64,000 nucleotides of DNA from Amoebidium appalachense. Lineage: Eukaryota > Protista > Ichthyosporea. Below the pieces are notes generated by a model. It saw only the letters and a program-made list of their open reading frames with translations. It was not told the DNA's origin and searched no databases. Every line of letters begins with the position of its first letter. Position 1 is the stretch's first letter. The stretch is from positions 62,001 through 126,000 of the forward strand of contig CAVNZM010000015.1 of assembly GCA_963693365.1 (NCBI GenBank). Reading direction: 5' to 3'. This document shows positions 31,973 through 64,000 of the stretch, piece by piece. Both the position numbers and the translations under genes were made by a program.

Positions 31973-32656
31973 GTACCTGCATGCGGCTCAGGTCTTCATT
32001 GCTGTATGCTTGGGTCAGGCTGGGGGATGGTGCCAGCACGGTGGGGAGGTATGTGGGCAGGAATGTGGAATAGGGGCCTAGGTCGTAGCCCATTGGTGCA
32101 TAGCCAGCCAATAGCGTCGTCTTTTGCAGGTCAAACTTCTGCTGATTGGCTAGCACAGATGCCCCCTGCCCAAATAAGGTTAAGTTTATATGATTGTGTT
32201 TTAAGTCTAGTCGGAGAACTTTAAACGGATCTCTCCTGATATGCACAGCCCCAGGATAAGGGAGGGTGGAATTATTTTCCACGTTCTTCTTCTTCACTGC
32301 AGTCTGTTTGAGTAAAAGCCCCAATAATACTCATGGGTAAGATATCAAGTACACAAAAGTACACAAACGGAGATTGATGGAGGGAGAGTTGGTTTGATAC
32401 AGGGGAGGGAGACGGGGAGGTAGATGGGGAGGGGAAGGGGGGGAGGGGGGGGGGAGGAGGGGGGGGGGGTGTTTTTGTATGTAGATGAACCTACCCATAG
32501 TCGGGAGTCTAGGGAGGACAGGTATTGGGAGCCAAGGGGCATGGACTGGCTGCGCATGAGCGACACCAGGGGGGGTCCATGCGGTGGGAGGGCGGTCGAT
32601 GCCGTGGGTGTAGGGGGATCCATTTGTGGGTAGGTGGGCTGGTGGGCGGCAACCAT
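30804..32656 (-). CDS. Unknown low-complexity Pro/Ser/Thr-rich protein (~365 aa, 3 coding exons) with an acidic C-terminal segment
   Basis: Exons 32671(ATG 32656)-32495, 32165-31977 and 31550-30804 join in phase 0 through GTAGGT...CAG and GTACGT...CAG introns. No folded domain recognised. Additional upstream or downstream exons cannot be excluded. Confidence 0.7.
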
Positions 32657-33485
32657 TGCAGGGTTGGAAATCTGGGGAACGGTCGGGGTTTGGATGGTTG
32701 GATGTCAGCTCGGAGGAGAAAAAAGAAAAAAAGAGGTTGCAAGTGCGCGTTGAATTATTGTGTCGAGGGAAGATGGTGGTGGTGGTGGTTGGGGGGAACG
32801 GGAGGGGAGGGGGATAGTGGGGGGGGGGGGGGGGGGGGGGGGGAGGAAGGGAAGACGCTGAAGAGCAGTTTGATATGGGGGGAGGGGGAGGGGCTTCCGG
32901 TGGTTGTGAATGTGTATATGCCCGTAATAGTGTTTTTGTGTTTGCATTAGATGTAATTTAATGTGAGGTGAACGAAGAAATAGCAGTCAATGGGAGGGAG
33001 GGGGTAGGGGGGCATGAGGGAAGAAGGTGATGGTGATGGGGCCAGGTCTAGAAAATGGAAGCGGAGGTTGAAACCTAAATATGTCTTAGACTCGTGGTGT
33101 AAACCGGTGCAAGGGAGTGAAGGGGTTGGGTACAAAACTTAAGAAAGAAGCGAGACATCTGGATGTAGTGTAAATACTAGGTTAAAGAAGCAAGGAATTT
33201 GAGGGCATTTGATTTGAGTTTCCATAACACAACCATCGAAAAATTCATCTCTCCACTAGAATTTTCCAAAAACAAAAGGCAGGGCAAGGGGGGAGAAGGG
33301 GGCGGGAGCGGGGATGGGGGGGGGGAGGGGGGGATATCGATGCAACTTGATATCATAGTATGTCTAGTATTAGATGCATGCATGTGTAGGTGCGCATGTG
33401 TGAACCTATCCATGTGTGGGCATTTGGGGTGTCGGTGCGTTTCCACCACTTCAAGAGTCGTGTGTGTGTGTGCCGTATGTGTGCC

Positions 33486-33541
<56 letters not shown>

Positions 33542-36500
33542 AGTGCGTGCATGTGTGTATGGGTGTGTGTGTGTGTGTGCGCACGCCCACGGCCGCGCTC
33601 ACGCACGTGTGTGTGTGTGCTTTGTGTGTGGCGTGCGCTGCATGTGTGGATCTGGGTATGTATATGTGAGTTTGTGTCGGTGCATGTGTTGTACGTCTGT
33701 GTGTGTGCGTGCACGCCACTGCGCGCGCGTGCGCATGTGTGTGTGTGTGCGTGCGTGCGTGCGCTCCCGTGTATCTGTGCAGGTGTGTTTACGTGTGTCT
33801 CACAAGCACTAGTACTGCGCATGTGCGAACTGCGAGCGCAAATGCGCACATGTGATTGGTCTATGTGCGAACATGTATGTGTGCGGCGTACAGTGGTGCC
33901 CACATGTGCTGCATTTGCGCGTGTTTGGTTCTTCGTTTCGGTTGCGTGTGTGGGGCATGTGTTCATTTGGCCACGTGCCCGGTGTATGTATGCGTGCAAT
34001 ACTACTAGTGGCAGTATGTTTGCATCTATTTGTGTTGTTAAAGCGGCTTTTCCCGGTGACCGACTCGTCCTTCCTCCTTCAACCATACTTGGGTATCAGC
34101 TGCTTGTTCAAATGCACAAAGTAACACAACACACACAACAAAGCACTTTTCAGGGGAACTATAATAAATAAAAATTGCACCAGCTGTTCAATGAATGCAA
34201 CTGTGGGCATTTGGCAGTTGTATTCAGCCAGCACAAGACAGAGTGTCTGAATCAGAGCACTAAGGTGTTCCACGTGGGAAAACTACAAGATGTTCCGAAA
34301 TGTCACACGAAAGTGTCTTCATGGACTGCTTACTTACCGGCCAGAACAAATCACGTCAGTTGTTCGTTCGTTTTTTTCCACAACGAGACCTCGTTGTGGC
34401 TCAAACCCTTGCAGGTGTTGATAGGGCCAGGACTTGGATGTGGCTGGATTGCCCTTCTGCCCACTTGCACAGGTGATGAATTCGGAAAAGGTGAGAGTGG
34501 AAGAGACTTTGCTTGCTCGGACTAACTGCGCTTTAATTTGATTGTTCCTAGTTGTGCCTATGTCGAGTCCCTAAATAAACGGTTGGTTTCACTCAAGGAT
34601 GATACTACTGGAACTGCACGTCCTACTGTGCATACAGAGTAATGTGGGGTTATTGTAGACCTTTGAACGTGTCATAACAAGCCTCTTTTGTGGTAGTTTT
34701 TCCTTTTTTCGTTTTCTTTTTCCCTTCTTTTTTTCATACAATGCAGAAATGTCCAGTAGTGGAGTACCCACGGTCACAACTTCAGCATGTGTGGGCTTAA
34801 GCACTAATTATTAGTCTCGTTTACCGCTTCCAGTGTGTGCGATGGCTCGCGTCAGCTGGGCCATGGTGCGGGCATTGGCAGCCACAGGAGACTGCTCCGG
34901 TGTTTGGCCAATAGGGACACAGCACTTGTTGTGCTACATACCTTGCATGCTCGTGCATGCTCGTGGAATGTATGCTGCTCTGAGCTTGGCCATGGCTACA
35001 GGTAACAGCTGGCGTGTGTGTGGCTCCTCGCGGCGGCGTCTTTGGCTCTGAACAAAAAAGCCAATTCTGTGAAACGACAACGATAATAAACTAGACATAT
35101 TGTCACAGCTGCGACCGATATGTTGGTCTGTTGGGTTATGCATGTTCGTATGCATCGCATGACCGTCATGTGCACACGCGTGCGTACGTGTTTTGAGAGC
35201 CATACATGATGTGCACGTGCCAGCTGCGGTGGCTCTCAGAGTCTGGTGGCTTGCATGTTATGTGGCGGCCGGCGGGCCGTTACTTTTGGTTACTAACGGT
35301 AAGCTGGCTTTAAGACTACAGCAAGAAAATTTGCATTCGCACATCAAGAGACTGATTACACCACTCGGAGGAAAAGGACACGAACGAGGTATGACAAATT
35401 AAATTTCAAGAATATATTCTACATGAATTAAAAACGAATGTATATGGTATAATAAGAGCGTGGTGTTTTTTCCTGCCCTCCATTCATTGGTGGTGGGAAG
35501 TGTACACTGCAGTACTGTGGAAAACCCCGGGCAGGTGAGCACCAGTTGTAGATCTAACAAAATATGACCACCAATAGGAAGCGATTAAGTAACTGATTGG
35601 TGAAAGCTAAACGGGGGTAAATAGATCGCCTGGTTGAACACCGAAAAAACAGTTGGTGCACGCCCAAAAGTTTGCGGTGTATAAAGCAAGTAGAATAAAA
35701 ATTAATGGGATAATTTTGTTATTTCATGCAAAAAAGGGTCAATTTAAATAATGTCCCGGTTATCTTTTTTTCCCTCGTACGGTTCATATCCGATATTGCC
35801 ATAATTCCCCGGTACCCATGGGTACGTGTACGTATACACCTGACGATCGCAACTAATATTCCCATACAAACCGGCGCAGGTCGGAACCATGTGACAGAAT
35901 TATTTTACGCAACCTAAATATAAACATGTATTTTATATGCTTTCAAAATGCTTAATATTGTTATAGAGACACAATAGATAGCGCTTCCGAGGCTTCGAGA
36001 GCTCAGGGGGCACGGACCCTAAGGCCGAGCCCCTGCCGCTGTTTCGCACCGCTTCAGATGGAGAAAATAACCATTGGTGGATCTATAACTCCCACATATG
36101 ATTGGTCTGAGTGCCGCTGGCCCCGGGCCTGGCCCACAGCTGCAGCAGCGCTGCTGCCGCACATTGAGTACCTCCTGCACAACTGGCACCTCAGGTATCA
36201 TAAGGCTAATAATGCAACCAATTAGCCTATGCACGGCCATGCTATGGACTTCGCTTATTTGCACATTTTGCGGAATCCGGGGAACTGTATACTGATGTTC
36301 TGCTGCAGTAACCGCACCCGCTGATGGCCGACTCCGTAGCATTAGACCCTGAGGCCCTCCGAGTCCGCGTGCTCGAGCGCCTCTCCGGGGCGAAATGCCG
36401 TCCGGACTCACGTGTTAGCTGAGTGCACGGGTGGGATGGGTGAGGATACCAGGTGTGATGTGGGGGTGGGTGGGTAGGGGGTGATATCATATATATATCA

Positions 36501-36667
36501 ATCGGGGCCTTCCTCCCCCCCCCCCCCCCCCCTCTCACGCATGGGACTGGGCTCACCGGAGCCAAACAAAGCAATGTCATGCAATCATCATGTGTGGATG
36601 TCTGAAGAGCAAATGCACATAATAATAATGCATTGTGATTGTGTGCAGCTACGCATGGTCGAAGTTA

Positions 36668-36868
36668 GGGATTCTTGATTTTGAAACGGGAGATACTAGT
36701 AACTTTTGGGGGGCCGGTGGGGACCCCCCCCCCCCCCCCCCCCAACATTTTATTGGGACAGGTGGGTCCTCCCCCTCCCCCCCCCCCCTCCGGCTAGCAA
36801 GGGGGGGGGGGGGCACCACCCACCTGAGCATGGTGTGTGTGTGTGTGTGATACTGTGTGTGTACATAC

Positions 36869-36910
<42 letters not shown>

Positions 36911-37135
36911 GGGGGGGGGGGGGGGGGGGGGGGGGGGGAAGAGGAGGGGGATATGCATCAGTGGCCAAAACGAATACCGTCTTTGGTGGGTGGAATCTTC
37001 GGAGACATGATACCATGGTCACGCGCATGCAGGGGGGAAGGGGGGTGGGGGGGGGGGGGACCCACCCACCCCTGCGGCTACCTTGGGGAGGGGGGGGAGG
37101 GGGGTACCACCAGGGGGGACCCCGATATTTACTAT

Positions 37136-37180
<45 letters not shown>

Positions 37181-37199
37181 TTTCAAATTCAAAGATCCC
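36668..37199. mobile_element. PIF/Harbinger (Tourist)-like MITE, 532 bp
   Basis: 23-bp TIRs gggattcttgattttgaaacggg / cccgtttcaaattcaaagatccc (20/23 identical). TTA flanks both sides (36665-36667, 37200-37202). Further internal inverted motifs (ggtgggtcc/ggacccacc). Confidence 0.75.
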
Positions 37200-37898
37200 T
37201 TAACGGACACCACAACAATGTGACAGTACATGTGCACTAGTCATCTTCGAACACAGCAACAATATCTTAACGCGTTGCTAGGATTGTGATTTTCTATTTT
37301 TTCTACAACACCACCCGAGGTGCTTATTAACGCTGCTATGCAACCTACGGCATGTGCTCCTTGTAGGCACAGACACAAGTAGTTGTGTACAGACGGTGCA
37401 TACAGCAATGGGGCAGAACAAAAATTAAAGCTAGAGGGGAAAAAACCTACTGGACTTCCGATTCATAATATTTAGAGCACATGTGTACAATACAATATTA
37501 GAGAGTCACTTTTATACGGCACCAGGGGGAAAAAAACGACTAGGATGAGGCCACGTGTAACCACGACAAATATACAGCTGCATGGGTGGGGGAAAAAGTG
37601 ATCATACTTATAGCACGTCTCTTACAATGCAGGGAAGGAATAAAATGAGATTGAGAAATACAGAGAAACCGGATGTGTGCAAATGACACCAAGTTCACTA
37701 GTTCTGAACATCATTTGCACGCATTAATAGTGTATGGCGCGCCCGAAAACCATGTCTTACAAAAGCACCTTTTTAACTTTCGTGTGTGGGTGTGTGTGTG
37801 TGTGCATGCATGTGCCCGCGCGCGCGCGCGTGTTTGTTGTGCATGTGAAAAAATATGGGGGGAGAGGGGGGAGGGGATGGGGGGGGTGGCTGGCTGGC

Positions 37899-47025
<9,127 letters not shown>

Positions 47026-47786
47026 CTTGGCGAGAAATAAAAGAACACAGGAGTGAGGGGGAGTCGAAAATGGGGCTGAATATGAGTGTGTGCGTGGGGG
47101 CGGGGGGAGGGGGAGGGGGGGGGGGGAGCTCGAGGCGAGGGCGCGCGCGCACACAGAATTGCGACGGCCAGAGAGAAGCTTTTTTCCCCGCGCGGGCGGG
47201 GGGAAAGCGTTTGTGGGCAGGCTGAGCCGGGGTGAGGTTAGACGAACCAATCAAAATGCGTGTAGGGATGGCGGGCATTGGTAATATTTGCGCAAACATG
47301 ACGATTACGCAACCGGCAACCCAAGGAGGGCTTTTCTGCACTTCATGTAGTGTTTGTATTATATTGCAAAAAGGAGAAAATAAATAAAATAATAACAAAA
47401 AAAGGTTTTTGCACAAATTACGCGTATACATATGGGTGAAGGTAAAAAAACCTATCCATAAAGCAGTGTCCATGCAAAGAGGGGTGAAACCAATAGAACG
47501 CGGCTCACGATGCACTCTAAACCAATGATCTCTGTCCCCTTACGTAAGGCTTCACAGAACAACGGTCACAACTTGGAGCGCGCCCTTCCGAAGGTAATAA
47601 ATAACATATCATCGCAATCGGATGAAAACACTCCAGTACATGTAAGGCGATAGTCAAATATTTAATAGGATTAGAAGTGGTTGCGTATGCCATAGCTGTT
47701 TGGGGCGAAGTACAACGTCATGGTGGCGTAGATGAAAAGAGCTAACCACACACAAATTCCAAGTTAGTTTTGTGCGCACAGCCAAC
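47026..47786. promoter_or_regulatory. Probable bidirectional promoter between the ACSF2-like and KDM4-like genes
   Basis: 761 bp between divergent ATGs. CCAAT/ATTGG boxes at 47247, 47277, 47490 and 47522. Largely free of long microsatellites. Confidence 0.65.

Positions 47787-64000
<16,214 letters not shown>

Noticed and set aside
34378-34399. Perfect 10-bp hairpin ccacaacgag-ac-ctcgttgtgg as a Helitron end or terminator
   Set aside because: No CTRR terminus at the expected distance on either strand.
36019-36421. GC-rich coding-looking block with short ORFs on both strands
   Set aside because: No recognisable motif or consistent splice structure. Possibly degraded element sequence.

Overview
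Eukaryotic nuclear DNA, extremely rich in (CA/GT)n, (GA/CT)n and poly-G/poly-C tracts. Most entries in the supplied ORF track are microsatellite artefacts. I reconstructed genes by hand from splice sites, phases and protein motifs. In order: the 3' end of an intron-containing CACTA/En-Spm-type transposase (1-1849, +); a ~1.8-kb inverted-repeat element with an unknown ORF; an intronless ankyrin + GATA zinc-finger gene (-); an intronless secreted Thr-rich (TQT-repeat) protein (+); a 2-exon MsrB absent from the ORF track (-), head-to-head with an 8-exon FHA-RING (RNF8-like) ligase (+); a disordered phospho-motif-rich protein (-); a Harbinger-like MITE; a 14-exon mitochondrial acyl-CoA synthetase (ACSF2-like, -) with a CACTA-ended MITE in intron 11; and, head-to-head with it, a KDM4-type demethylase of at least 23 exons (JmjN-JmjC-PHD/PZP-Tudor plus an FN3-like tail) running off the window. 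The domain architectures suggest an opisthokont, probably a holozoan protist (inference only). The most notable signals concern splicing: (CA)n tracts fused directly to 3' splice sites, one apparent GT-CG intron, a 30-bp tandem array of complete 3' splice-site units, a 40-nt intron whose retention would truncate KDM4, and a ~95-nt dispersed repeat that appears to supply branch points. MsrB also carries an apparent compensated double frameshift. No database search or RNA evidence was available.
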